A stretch of 64,000 nt of DNA from Escherichia phage vB_EcoM_LNA2, in sequence record MZ311865.1; one strand, 5' to 3'. How positions within the stretch are numbered: the stretch's first letter is position 1; the number at the start of each line of letters is the position of its first letter. The position numbers and the translations under genes were made by a program. Below, one piece after another: positions 15,681 to 24,047 of the stretch. The notes beneath the pieces are model-generated. The model saw nothing but the letters and a program-made list of their open reading frames with translations, did not search any database and was not told the origin of the DNA.

Positions 15681-16637
15681 TTATTTGAAAGGTTTTACCA
15701 TATGGAAATTTTGTTTGAAACGTTTTACGTAATCGTCGTGTCCTAAGCTTTGGTACATACTTACTACTTTGCTATAATTTTCCCAAGCGAACTCACGGAA
15801 CCAACCGGAGGTGATGCTTGTGCAGACTTTTTCTAATGCCATCATAAAACTATCACGCGGATGGATTTTAAAGTTGTTAGGAATCTGAGAACGTTCTAAT
15901 GCTAGTACACATGATTCTTCGTATACACCTGCCAATTTGACCATTTCTGGTAACGATTCGAACTTCTCGCGTGAGGTCATGACTTCAGAACCGTCTTTCA
16001 TGTAAAACGTATAAGCCGGACGGTCTGTTAGTGCAATGGCTTCATGAATAGTATCATGGTCATATGTATAGATGTCATCTTTAAAGAACGCACTTTTAGA
16101 AGTGTCAAGAACCGGGTGAGCATAGTTCAAAGTTTCTTTCTGGCGTTTCAACATAATTTCAGTAAGTTCATCGTTCAGTGTAACACCTTTACCACGAAGA
16201 TACTGAATATGGTTCATAGTCTTTAAAAAGAATGGATTATTTTTCTTGAAACGATGAGACATCTTAATTGCAAGACATATCTCAGGAGTTGCCCAGTAAA
16301 ACCCAGTCAAACGGTCTTTAGTCAAATTTTTCTTGGCGTATTTTAAAAGGTCATAAGAAGATGTGAAATCTTCAGGAGTGAGTTCACCGACTAATTCACG
16401 GACATTAGTGATTGCCGGAACAATATATGCTTCAAAATGAGTTTCACGTCCATTATGGAAGCATTTGAAAACTTGGACATCAGGGTTATCTTGGTGAACA
16501 TATACACCCATCATTTGATTTTTGAATGCATTCCAAGAACCTTGGTCCGCAATAAAGTCCCAATCGCTATTTTTGATAGCGCTAGAATCAATAAGACCAT
16601 GATAGTGAAGTGCACGAGAACCAATAACTAACATCAT
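15681..16637 (-). CDS. hypothetical protein (318 aa) with N-terminal NTase-like GS...D.D motif
   Basis: N-terminus MMLVIGSRALHYHGLIDSSAIKNSDWDF resembles the Pol-beta-type nucleotidyltransferase signature; weak, pattern-only. Confidence 0.55.
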   Translation of the reverse strand: MMLVIGSRALHYHGLIDSSAIKNSDWDFIADQGSWNAFKNQMMGVYVHQDNPDVQVFKCFHNGRETHFEAYIVPAITNVRELVGELTPEDFTSSYDLLKYAKKNLTKDRLTGFYWATPEICLAIKMSHRFKKNNPFFLKTMNHIQYLRGKGVTLNDELTEIMLKRQKETLNYAHPVLDTSKSAFFKDDIYTYDHDTIHEAIALTDRPAYTFYMKDGSEVMTSREKFESLPEMVKLAGVYEESCVLALERSQIPNNFKIHPRDSFMMALEKVCTSITSGWFREFAWENYSKVVSMYQSLGHDDYVKRFKQNFHMVKPFK

Positions 16638-16665
16638 AATATTTTCCTCGGATTAATTCATCAAC

Positions 16666-16917
16666 TTAAATTTCACGACATGCGATATTATATTCATCCC
16701 AGAGGTCATCATGTGAAGCCTCTACCAATGGAACGATTGTACCGTTTATGTCTTCATTATAAGGGCAAATTGTACAGTGCGCATCTTCGAATCGGATGCC
16801 TTTGTGTTCAGATTTTTTATAACGCATATCGAATATCTTTGCAAACTTTTCACGAGTAATAGTTTTAGCAACTACTTCGGTTCCAATACTTTCGTAATAA
16901 ATCATTGTGGACTCCAT
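16666..16917 (-). CDS. hypothetical protein (83 aa)
   Basis: ORF track; early promoter at 16934-16963. Confidence 0.45.
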   Translation of the reverse strand: MESTMIYYESIGTEVVAKTITREKFAKIFDMRYKKSEHKGIRFEDAHCTICPYNEDINGTIVPLVEASHDDLWDEYNIACREI

Positions 16918-16933
16918 TTAATTTGATAGGACT

Positions 16934-16963
16934 ACTATAACATAGTCCTATCTTATTGTAAAC
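16934..16963 (-). promoter_or_regulatory. T4-type early promoter with palindrome
   Basis: GTTTAC, 18 bp, TATAGT inside the ataggactactataacatagtcctat palindrome. Confidence 0.6.
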
Positions 16964-16967
16964 TGTT

Positions 16968-17165
16968 TTAGCAAGAATAACTAGACGATACCCAGCCTTG
17001 AACAGTAATGCTATTATTAGATAATGAGATCGCGTCCTGGAGATTCAGACCTGCGTTATCTTCAATCCATAATGTAACTTCTTCGCGTTCTTCTGTTGCA
17101 ATTTGGAACAGGTTTTCTAGAGCAGCTACTGCGGTACGTACAGCACAATCTAATTCACGAGACAT
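16968..17165 (-). CDS. small protein of the GW-x-SSS-xx-C C-terminal family (65 aa)
   Basis: C-terminus QGWVSSSYSC; one of three tandem paralogues. Confidence 0.5.
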   Translation of the reverse strand: MSRELDCAVRTAVAALENLFQIATEEREEVTLWIEDNAGLNLQDAISLSNNSITVQGWVSSSYSC

Positions 17166-17174
17166 ATGGTTTCC

Positions 17175-17447
17175 TTAGCAAGTGTGAGAAGATGCAACCC
17201 AACCACCAGTTTCGAGGCTCAGGTTATAGTCGTATTGGTAAACGTCGGCCCATTCAGCATAGCCGTTTTTTGTACAACGTTCAAGATCGGCTTTAAGATG
17301 TCCTGGCGAATGATAGGTTCCACCCATACCATAAGCTGGATACAAGTCGAATGTTGTGTTTTGTTTATCAGCAATTTCTTTGGCAGCCTCAATAGCTGCA
17401 TAGATTTTTGCTACAGCTTCAGCCAGCTCGGTTTGTTCTTTAGACAT
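17175..17447 (-). CDS. small protein of the GW-x-SSS-xx-C C-terminal family (90 aa)
   Basis: C-terminus GGWVASSHTC; GGAA RBS for the next gene follows the stop. Confidence 0.5.
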   Translation of the reverse strand: MSKEQTELAEAVAKIYAAIEAAKEIADKQNTTFDLYPAYGMGGTYHSPGHLKADLERCTKNGYAEWADVYQYDYNLSLETGGWVASSHTC

Positions 17448-17456
17448 AATGATTCC

Positions 17457-17762
17457 TTAGCACAACGCAGAAGACGAAATCCAAGCACCTTCAGTAATAA
17501 CGTAACCATTACCTTCACGCTTAACATCGCCACCATTATTTTCAATTTCGTTTTTCATCCACTGGGATACGATTTCACCTTTAGGATAATAAGTACGACC
17601 GCTACCATAATCACCTACAGAAAACGATACGGCATATTGGTCTGCGATCTTTGTTGCTTCTTCTTCGATACGTTCAGCTTGATTCAGAAGTTTATAAATT
17701 GCATCTGAAGCGGATTTGGCATCATTAAACTCTGGTACTTTAATTTCAATAATCTTACTCAT
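17457..17762 (-). CDS. small protein of the GW-x-SSS-xx-C C-terminal family (101 aa)
   Basis: C-terminus GAWISSSALC. Confidence 0.5.
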   Translation of the reverse strand: MSKIIEIKVPEFNDAKSASDAIYKLLNQAERIEEEATKIADQYAVSFSVGDYGSGRTYYPKGEIVSQWMKNEIENNGGDVKREGNGYVITEGAWISSSALC

Positions 17763-18118
17763 TTTCTACATTCCTTAATAAAGTTTTCGATTGTTTCATT
17801 TTCACGTCTAGCTAGGAGTTCATTATAACTAATCATTTGAGAAGCGTAAACCTTTTTATTTTTCTTGTTATGGTTTATAAAATCGTAGTAAAAATAGACT
17901 ACAGTACAAAATGATGCGATGGATGCAAAGGCTTGGGTATACCGTAAGTCCTGCCATTGGTCTGTGAATCCACCAGTGTTCCCTATAAATCCTAACACAA
18001 CGCCGTCAATAAGAAATCCAATTAATCCAAAGGCAAATCCCATGCCAATACTCATAATAAAAATTAGAATGTTCTCACCAAGAGAAGGCCATACGGTTAA
18101 GAGTTGAGGCTTTTGCAT
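17759..18118 (-). CDS. small membrane protein with C-terminal ENFIKECR motif (119 aa)
   Basis: Hydrophobic N-terminal half (ILIFIMSIGMGFAFGLIGFLIDGVVLGFIG); tail ...IENFIKECRK. Confidence 0.5.
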   Translation of the reverse strand: MQKPQLLTVWPSLGENILIFIMSIGMGFAFGLIGFLIDGVVLGFIGNTGGFTDQWQDLRYTQAFASIASFCTVVYFYYDFINHNKKNKKVYASQMISYNELLARRENETIENFIKECRK

Positions 18119-18522
18119 CTTATTTCCTTAACGAATTCCATAGCTTCTTCATATTCGTACTTTTTAACAGCTTCATCATACTGAGCTTGGGCTTTTGCGC
18201 ACTGGACTTTCCACTCGCGAACTCGAGCTCTGTGATGACGGCCTTGGTGCCAATATCCTGCCCAATTAATAGGCATTAATAAAAACGGTACAATAAGTGG
18301 TGCGACGAACATTAATGAAAACGCTGCATCAGACGATATAACTTTATTGGAATCTAAAATAGCTCCTATAATCATAAAGATTAAAAATGCTAAAGCTAAA
18401 ATAGGGCCAAATAGTACTTCGTTTGGGATTAATTTACGTTTGTATTCGTATGCCCAGGGCTTAATTGGCATGTATAGGGTTGGCTTTGACATATTCTCTA
18501 CATTCCATAATAAATTGCTCAA
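18097..18522 (-). CDS. membrane protein (141 aa), start uncertain
   Basis: Hydrophobic segments (FGPILALAFLIFMIIGAIL, AAFSLMFVAPLIVPFLL); tail ...EFVKEIRCK is a variant of the family motif; overlaps the upstream ORF so the true start is probably an internal Met. Confidence 0.45.
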   Translation of the reverse strand: MSNLLWNVENMSKPTLYMPIKPWAYEYKRKLIPNEVLFGPILALAFLIFMIIGAILDSNKVISSDAAFSLMFVAPLIVPFLLMPINWAGYWHQGRHHRARVREWKVQCAKAQAQYDEAVKKYEYEEAMEFVKEIRCKSLNS

Positions 18523-19078
18523 GGATTAAATTGTTAGTGAAATTAGGACTAACAACCATGGTTTCATAAAGCGCATCAATAGCACTTAAAGCATCAACTC
18601 TTTTAAGCAAAGGCTTGCCTTCATACATAGTTTCAGAATCGACGATTAAAGTGAAGTAGTATTTTTTATTATTGACCAGAACTTCTGTATCAATATAAAA
18701 CATGTTAGACCTTAAAAGCTTGTCTCTAAAGCCTACGTAATCATCTGAACGTTCACTGATGTATTCCCATTCAGTGTTTAAACAACAAACAGACCACGTA
18801 GGAGCAACGAAATCAGTGAATCTAATATCATGGTCTGCAACTAGTTTAGCAATAGCTCCGATATCATGAATCATAATACCTGGGGCTAATAAAGATTTTC
18901 GGTGATTTGCATATTCAGTTGTCTCATAAGAAGACGACCAGTACCATTTACGTCCAGTTGCAACATATCGTAATGAATCAACTAAAGACGTAGGTGGATT
19001 TACCTTATTTCGGAACTCTTCGAACATTGAGTCAATATCATTATTTTGGTTTCGCATGTTAACTCCTTTATTATCCAA
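18461..19078 (-). CDS. hypothetical protein (205 aa) ending in EQFIMECR-like motif
   Basis: ORF track; C-terminal ...LEQFIMECREYVKANPIHAN. Confidence 0.5.
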   Translation of the reverse strand: MDNKGVNMRNQNNDIDSMFEEFRNKVNPPTSLVDSLRYVATGRKWYWSSSYETTEYANHRKSLLAPGIMIHDIGAIAKLVADHDIRFTDFVAPTWSVCCLNTEWEYISERSDDYVGFRDKLLRSNMFYIDTEVLVNNKKYYFTLIVDSETMYEGKPLLKRVDALSAIDALYETMVVSPNFTNNLILEQFIMECREYVKANPIHAN

Positions 19079-19106
19079 AAGGAGGACCGGAGTCCTCCGT
19101 ATTATT

Positions 19107-19700
19107 TTATTTCAAAGAGTTAATATATTCTTGTACATCAGCAGAAGTGGTTTCGACACCGGCTGGAGTACCATTGAACGTTTCAACACGAGTTAGAGTG
19201 TCTTCGATATCAACCTTAGTCAGTGCAGCGATTTCAATTACATCATCGGCCGTAGAGATACCAAGGGCATTGGCTGCTCGAGTTTCACGAATGTATTCGA
19301 GTTTGATTGCCAGATTCTGACGAGCATCATCAAGTTCAACCACCTTACGAGCAATTTCAATTCGCATAGCGGCATACCCGTCAGCTTTTGTATTAAGTTG
19401 TTCTGCAGTTCGACGATACAGAAGACCAAGCTTAGCATGCATGGTAACATCTTGTCCTTCAGCCAGGAGCTTACGAATTTCACGTTCCTTAGAAGCGGCT
19501 TGCTTATTCTTTTCAATAACAAGTTCGCGAATACGTTTTTCTTCATTAATAGATTTAACAGAAGCCGTTTTTAGTTCTTTGATTTGGGTAATCAACTTAT
19601 CTGCAGCTGCGTTATACTGTTCTTCGACAGTCAGATTTTTAGCCATAGCAGTACCCAGTTTAGTGCGAATGAATTCAACAAGTTTCTTCAGTGTGTTCAT
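19107..19700 (-). CDS. coiled-coil protein (197 aa)
   Basis: Track ORF 19107..19715; ATG at 19700 ([10 protein letters not shown]...) is preferred; K/E/A/R-rich heptad-like composition. Confidence 0.5.
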   Translation of the reverse strand: MNTLKKLVEFIRTKLGTAMAKNLTVEEQYNAAADKLITQIKELKTASVKSINEEKRIRELVIEKNKQAASKEREIRKLLAEGQDVTMHAKLGLLYRRTAEQLNTKADGYAAMRIEIARKVVELDDARQNLAIKLEYIRETRAANALGISTADDVIEIAALTKVDIEDTLTRVETFNGTPAGVETTSADVQEYINSLK

Positions 19701-19770
19701 ATTATTACCTTTCAATTGGTGGTTTATTATCCAATGAGAGCATTATACTCTGCTCTCAAGAGTTTGTAAA

Positions 19771-19998
19771 TTATTTTTTAATCAAATTGACATAAAACTT
19801 GGCGTCTTCCGGGTGCATGCCTTCACAGTATTCTTCAACCATGAACTTCTTAACAGCTTCGTAAGGACCACTCAGATTAAGCTCAGTTGTCCAGAACTTA
19901 GAATCTTGGACCGAATCGATACGAACGCCAGGGTGACGGTTGCGAATAACTTCTTCGGTGTATTCATAATCAACGACATCAATACTAACTTTAGCCAT
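19771..19998 (-). CDS. hypothetical protein (75 aa)
   Basis: ORF track. Confidence 0.45.
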   Translation of the reverse strand: MAKVSIDVVDYEYTEEVIRNRHPGVRIDSVQDSKFWTTELNLSGPYEAVKKFMVEEYCEGMHPEDAKFYVNLIKK

Positions 19999-20044
19999 TT
20001 TGTTTTCCTCTTGATTTGATGTGATTACTATAACATAAACTTAC

Positions 20045-20209
20045 TTAGATGTAAATTATTTCAACGTCACCTTTAGCGGCTTTATAACCTTCAGCCCAAG
20101 ATACAACAGAGTTTTTATCTGAGGATTCAAATTCAGGCATTGGGCTTTCGCCAATGTTCACACAGTATGTTTCTTCATTTTCGTCAAACCAAATAATTAA
20201 AGTAGTCAT
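20045..20209 (-). CDS. small hypothetical protein (54 aa)
   Basis: Hand translation MTTLIIWFDENEETYCVNIGESPMPEFESSDKNSVVSWAEGYKAAKGDVEIIYI; GGAG RBS; shares its promoter/leader cassette with the gene at 56210-56479. Confidence 0.4.
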   Translation of the reverse strand: MTTLIIWFDENEETYCVNIGESPMPEFESSDKNSVVSWAEGYKAAKGDVEIIYI

Positions 20210-20276
20210 TTTGTTTACTCCACTGTAGTTGATAAGTCTATAGTATCACCATCCTTGGTGCTTGTACATCATTATT

Positions 20277-20582
20277 TTATTTTTTCCAACTTAACAACTT
20301 GTAGTGTCCTTCATTCATACGTGGTTTATCCCAAGAAATACTAATATATGATTCACTGTCAATAGAAGTCGCCGGGTTTTTCTCTACCGTAAGACCTTCA
20401 CTTTCCAGCCATTCAATAGTATTTGCGCATAAATCTGAAGAACACCTCATCGGAAACCGGCAAGATTTTTCACCTTTAGCTGCAGTGTTATACATCTTTT
20501 CTAAAATACGCTTTTGCACGTTTTTAAAAATAGTTTCAGCAGATTCTTCAGATTTTTTATTCAGTTCGGTATAAAGACTCAT
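20277..20582 (-). CDS. hypothetical protein (101 aa)
   Basis: ORF track; early promoter at 20611-20639. Confidence 0.45.
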   Translation of the reverse strand: MSLYTELNKKSEESAETIFKNVQKRILEKMYNTAAKGEKSCRFPMRCSSDLCANTIEWLESEGLTVEKNPATSIDSESYISISWDKPRMNEGHYKLLSWKK

Positions 20583-20610
20583 AACATTTTCCTCATGTTT
20601 TTATAGGTCT

Positions 20611-20639
20611 ATAGTAACACATCTAGGGAAGAAGTAAAC
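20611..20639 (-). promoter_or_regulatory. T4-type early promoter
   Basis: GTTTAC, 17 bp, TACTAT. Confidence 0.6.
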
Positions 20640-20691
20640 AACTTTTTCAGTAAGTTATAGACCCCCTAATGGGGACCGAAGTCCCCATTCT

Positions 20692-21318
20692 TTACTTACG
20701 AGTTTTTGCATACTGAGCAGCGTCAGCAGCCAAACGACCTGCCTGACGAAGTTTTTCTTTAATCGCATCGTGAAGTGGTTGAGTATACTTCAAACCTTCG
20801 ATAGTCAAATAAAGACGATAAAGGTCTGGGGTATCAAGGTTGTTGATATGTTGGCCATTACGAAGACTGTTGAATTCACGAACGAGTGAAGATGTATCGG
20901 ATTCAATATCACGAACAAGCGAAGATAGTTGTTTATATTTTTTTTCCAGGCTAGAAGTATCAAACTTAAGAGCAGGAGCTTTAGGAGTTGCTTTTACTTC
21001 CGGCTTAGGCTCAGGTTTTGCTATTGCTTTAGGGGTCGCAGGTTTAGGAATGGTAGGAGCAGGTTTTACTTTAGGCGAACCCGATTTAGCAGAAACACCA
21101 CCACTAACAATATCTTTGAATGCTTTAGAAGCTCTGTAATATTCTTTTTGGCTAGAAGTGTCGATACCGTACATGGCTTGAACGTTTTTGAAAAACTCTG
21201 TACTAGTTTTTGTACCAGAAATAGCATCGTAAGCAGCTTGCCATTTCTCTTTTGTCATACGTACGCCGGCTTCGGTGATTACTTCCGTTTCGGCTAAAAA
21301 TTCATTAAAAGTATACAT
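20692..21318 (-). CDS. internal-protein-like protein with capsid-targeting-type leader and Pro/Lys/Ala-rich linker (208 aa)
   Basis: N-terminus MYTFNEFLAETE resembles the MKTYQEFIAE leader; central low-complexity PKVKPAPTIPKPATPKAIAKPEPKPEVKATPKAP. Confidence 0.55.
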   Translation of the reverse strand: MYTFNEFLAETEVITEAGVRMTKEKWQAAYDAISGTKTSTEFFKNVQAMYGIDTSSQKEYYRASKAFKDIVSGGVSAKSGSPKVKPAPTIPKPATPKAIAKPEPKPEVKATPKAPALKFDTSSLEKKYKQLSSLVRDIESDTSSLVREFNSLRNGQHINNLDTPDLYRLYLTIEGLKYTQPLHDAIKEKLRQAGRLAADAAQYAKTRK

Positions 21319-21362
21319 TGATGGTCCTTAGAAAGTAGGTTTATTGTTTACTATATTTATAC

Positions 21363-21392
21363 AAAAAAGCCCCAACCTTTCGGAAGGGGCTA
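21363..21392 (-). terminator. hairpin terminator downstream of the tRNA region
   Basis: Identical 30-mer to 5366-5395. Confidence 0.5.
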
Positions 21393-21440
21393 TGCCTTGC
21401 GGCAACCTTGTCGGGTTTCCACCTACTAGGTAAGTGTTTG

Positions 21441-21465
21441 TACGAAACGCCGGGATTCGAACCCG
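21441..21465 (-). pseudogene. tRNA 3'-half remnant (T-arm plus acceptor strand only)
   Basis: Minus strand reads CCGGG-TTCGAAT-CCCGG-CGTTTCG, a canonical T-arm and 3' acceptor strand, but no anticodon or D arm can be folded upstream. Confidence 0.3.
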
Positions 21466-21701
21466 GTTATTAAGCAGTTGACGCTACTCAATATTTTTAA
21501 AAGGCCATATCTCGACCATATCCGAACGTTCCGTCAAAAACGCTACTCGGCTTACGGCAAAGATATTTCCTCGAATCGATAATTCTGTGCGCCGTTTCTG
21601 CTGTGATGTAAGGGGGTATTAACAAATCGTAAAGATTTATTAAGACCAGTCCTTACTCAGGGAACATCAGTCCGACGTCTTGCCGGTAGCGACCCGGCTT
21701 C

Positions 21702-22046
21702 TTATTTTGGCATATCATCAATTTGCTCTCGACGCCGACGCCATAGATTAATCGCTTCATAAACACATTCAGCATTTGGTATATGGCGACAATAGTATAG
21801 TGATTCGCGTTTCTGGAACCGATGTTGTAATGGAATTTCGTTTAAAAGGTCTTTACGGTCAAAGTATTCAAAACTAGTTAACCCGGAACGGTTTTTAAGA
21901 AACTTCCAATGTCCGAATTCATTTTGAAAATAAACGTAATCAGCGTGTTGATATAACGAATTAATCAACCGGTCGGAAATAACTGTATCCTGTTCGTTAA
22001 AATAAAACGTTAAATCATGAACTACCAAATAAATATTGCCTTTCAT
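21702..22046 (-). CDS. hypothetical protein (114 aa) inside the tRNA region
   Basis: Track ORF 21702..22094 would overlap tRNA-Arg; the internal ATG at 22046 preceded by GAGGAAAA (MKGNIYLVVHDL...) is preferred. Confidence 0.45.
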   Translation of the reverse strand: MKGNIYLVVHDLTFYFNEQDTVISDRLINSLYQHADYVYFQNEFGHWKFLKNRSGLTSFEYFDRKDLLNEIPLQHRFQKRESLYYCRHIPNAECVYEAINLWRRRREQIDDMPK

Positions 22047-22064
22047 ATTTTCCTCACTTGAAGT

Positions 22065-22141
<77 letters not shown>

Positions 22142-22144
22142 GAT

Positions 22145-22219
22145 TGGTGACCCTGGCTGGTTTCGATCCAGCTACCTATCAGTTATGAGCTGACAGCTCT
22201 CCCATTGAGCTACAGGGCC
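22145..22219 (-). tRNA. tRNA with CAT anticodon (Met, or Ile2 if C34 is modified as in T4)
   Basis: Hand-folded cloverleaf: acceptor GGCCCTG/CAGGGTC, D-stem GCTC/GAGC, anticodon stem GTCAG/CTGAT with loop CTCATAA, T-stem GCTGG/CCAGC, encoded CCA; 3 nt from tRNA-Arg. Confidence 0.75.
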
Positions 22220-22281
22220 TTAATAACTTTCTATTATGAAAGGCACTTTAGAGCACCTTTGGTAATAGAGGGTATGAATTA

Positions 22282-22307
22282 ATAATAACACATAATTCTT
22301 AAAGCAA
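22282..22307 (-). promoter_or_regulatory. MotA-dependent middle promoter candidate upstream of the tRNA cluster
   Basis: Minus strand TTTGCTTTA (MotA box), 12-bp spacer, TATTAT -10; about 55 nt upstream of the first tRNA. Confidence 0.5.
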
Positions 22308-22814
22308 ATCAATCATTTTAACAGTCGGCAAAACAATTTCTTCTTCAATATAAGCGAATTCAACACGTTCAACTACACGCAAGAAATCGTAATCATAGTA
22401 TTCAGAAGCATAGCCAAGAATATCAATAAGTCCTTGAGATATCTCATCTCCGCTCTCAAAGAATAGGTCGAATACACGTGTTTCATCTTCTTCGGATTTG
22501 TCACCAAGGTCAACTTCGATACCAAAGACCTTTTTAATGAATTCTGGATAAAGCTGGTCTGAGAACAGTCCTTCAACCAAGTATTCATAGATTAAAAGCG
22601 AACAATCACTGAATGGTGTATTACCGCAATAACGTTCGGCTTTAGTGCTAGAATGACGGCTCTTAAATTTCTTCAAGAGATATTTAAACTGTTGGAGCTC
22701 ATGCTCTTCCACACCAAATAATGTTTTTGTTTTATAGTTGTCGCCGTCATTTTCCCAAGTAGTGACATCAATTACGTAACCTTTAGGAATTGTACTGCCT
22801 AAACAAATATTCAT
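22299..22814 (-). CDS. hypothetical acidic protein (171 aa)
   Basis: ORF track; lies between the tRNAs and ipI. Confidence 0.5.
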   Translation of the reverse strand: MNICLGSTIPKGYVIDVTTWENDGDNYKTKTLFGVEEHELQQFKYLLKKFKSRHSSTKAERYCGNTPFSDCSLLIYEYLVEGLFSDQLYPEFIKKVFGIEVDLGDKSEEDETRVFDLFFESGDEISQGLIDILGYASEYYDYDFLRVVERVEFAYIEEEIVLPTVKMIDLL

Positions 22815-22818
22815 TTAC

Positions 22819-23109
22819 TCACCGTACCATATTAATGTAATTATATTCAATGCAACATAATTTCAAAGGATTCTTGAAAATATCATATTCAAGAGGACCT
22901 TTTTCTGTTTCAATAAAGAAATCAAAGTTCACACTATTAAATTTGCGGTCTTCCCAAAGTAATTTAACCTGTGAAGATGAACGGTCGACGTAAACCTTTT
23001 CAACTTCAAAGTGGGTCAAAATACCATAGTAATCGACTAGTGCTTTAGCTGCAGCTCGGTCGCTTTCATATCCATTCTCAATGGATTTTACCTTAGCATA
23101 AAGAATCAT
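22819..23109 (-). CDS. hypothetical protein (96 aa)
   Basis: ORF track. Confidence 0.45.
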   Translation of the reverse strand: MILYAKVKSIENGYESDRAAAKALVDYYGILTHFEVEKVYVDRSSSQVKLLWEDRKFNSVNFDFFIETEKGPLEYDIFKNPLKLCCIEYNYINMVR

Positions 23110-23468
23110 GAATGTTCCACCATTTCAAAGGTATGAGCATCAACAATATGATACCAGTCAAAATTTTCTTCTGCGTTTTTATAAATTTCGCGAAGAACCT
23201 CAACAGTTTTTCCTGTAGCAACAAGGTCGTCAATACCGCCAAGAGGATAACAGTCGTAACCAGCAAACAGAAGGAAATTAATAGTTTCTGTAGGTTCTGG
23301 ATGCAGAACACCGTTATCGTCTACCACTTCAAAGAAAATGTAAGAAGGAGTACAAGTTTTAATCCAAGCCCAGGCTTGAGCTGCTGAATCAAATGGTCTG
23401 CGTATCAAACGACAATCAGGGTCTTTAGAAGGATTTGCTTCAAAATCCGCATATACGTGATATTTCAT
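23106..23468 (-). CDS. hypothetical protein (120 aa)
   Basis: Track ORF 23106..23486; ATG at 23468 preceded by AAGGTGA is preferred. Confidence 0.45.
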   Translation of the reverse strand: MKYHVYADFEANPSKDPDCRLIRRPFDSAAQAWAWIKTCTPSYIFFEVVDDNGVLHPEPTETINFLLFAGYDCYPLGGIDDLVATGKTVEVLREIYKNAEENFDWYHIVDAHTFEMVEHS

Positions 23469-23469
23469 T

Positions 23470-23676
23470 TTACTCACCTTTTGCAATTTTATCCATAACG
23501 ATAGCGATTAAGCCGATTAGAAATGCTACTACCAATGAGATAGAGTTTTCAGTTGTTGTCAGTAGTCCACAAATGAATCCTACAAACATCGAAAAACTAA
23601 AAGCCATTGAAGCAATTACTACAGCAACATTACGAATCAGTTCAGCGCGTTTCATTTTATTTCTCCATTTACTCAT
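23470..23676 (-). CDS. small membrane protein (68 aa)
   Basis: Hydrophobic helices (VAVVIASMAFSFSMFVGFICGLL, LVVAFLIGLIAIV); early promoter at 23693-23722. Confidence 0.5.
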   Translation of the reverse strand: MSKWRNKMKRAELIRNVAVVIASMAFSFSMFVGFICGLLTTTENSISLVVAFLIGLIAIVMDKIAKGE

Positions 23677-23692
23677 TTGTTTTGATAGGACT

Positions 23693-23722
23693 ACTATAAC
23701 ATAGTCCTATCAGTATGTAAAC
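23693..23722 (-). promoter_or_regulatory. T4-type early promoter with palindrome
   Basis: GTTTAC, 18 bp, TATAGT inside the ataggactactataacatagtcctat palindrome. Confidence 0.6.
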
Positions 23723-23725
23723 TAC

Positions 23726-24013
23726 TTACAGAAGAGTTTTTGCAATAATTTTAAGCTGAGCTACAGAAATATGCTTAGCTTTAAACAGTGCAGTCTCTTC
23801 AGCCGGAGAGATAACAATAGTAGCGCCATCTTTCTTAGCAGACCATCCATCCCCTAAGTAAACAGTACCTTTTACTTCTTCACCATCAACCAGACTAATC
23901 ATTGGTTTACCCTCACGTCCTTTATTTGTTTTAATAACTTCAGAAGTAAGGGATGCTTCAGTCAGAGTAGAAACGTTAGCAACAGGTGATATAAATTCTT
24001 TATAGGTTTTCAT
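23726..24013 (-). CDS. ipI: internal protein I-like (capsid-targeted, ejected protein; anti-restriction candidate)
   Basis: N-terminus MKTYKEFISPV capsid-targeting leader; 95 aa; positioned before 57B as T4 ipI; early promoter at 24048-24077. Confidence 0.65.
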   Translation of the reverse strand: MKTYKEFISPVANVSTLTEASLTSEVIKTNKGREGKPMISLVDGEEVKGTVYLGDGWSAKKDGATIVISPAEETALFKAKHISVAQLKIIAKTLL

Positions 24014-24047
24014 TTTATTTCCTTGAGGTCGTTTATTTGATAGGATG

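Noticed and set aside
21441-21532. Possible full-length (type II, about 92 nt) tRNA on the minus strand, with acceptor pairing CGGAACG/CGTTTCG and a perfect T-arm
   Set aside because: No anticodon stem-loop or D-arm can be formed from the intervening sequence, which instead contains a direct repeat (ccatatc x2); kept only as a 3'-half remnant.
21702-22046. N-terminus MKGNIYLVVHDLTFYF as a degenerate GIY-YIG homing endonuclease (segB-like) or an IYLAGPFF-type deoxyribosyltransferase motif
   Set aside because: Neither the GIY...YIG spacing nor downstream catalytic Arg/Glu/Asn residues are present, and the protein is too short; left as hypothetical.
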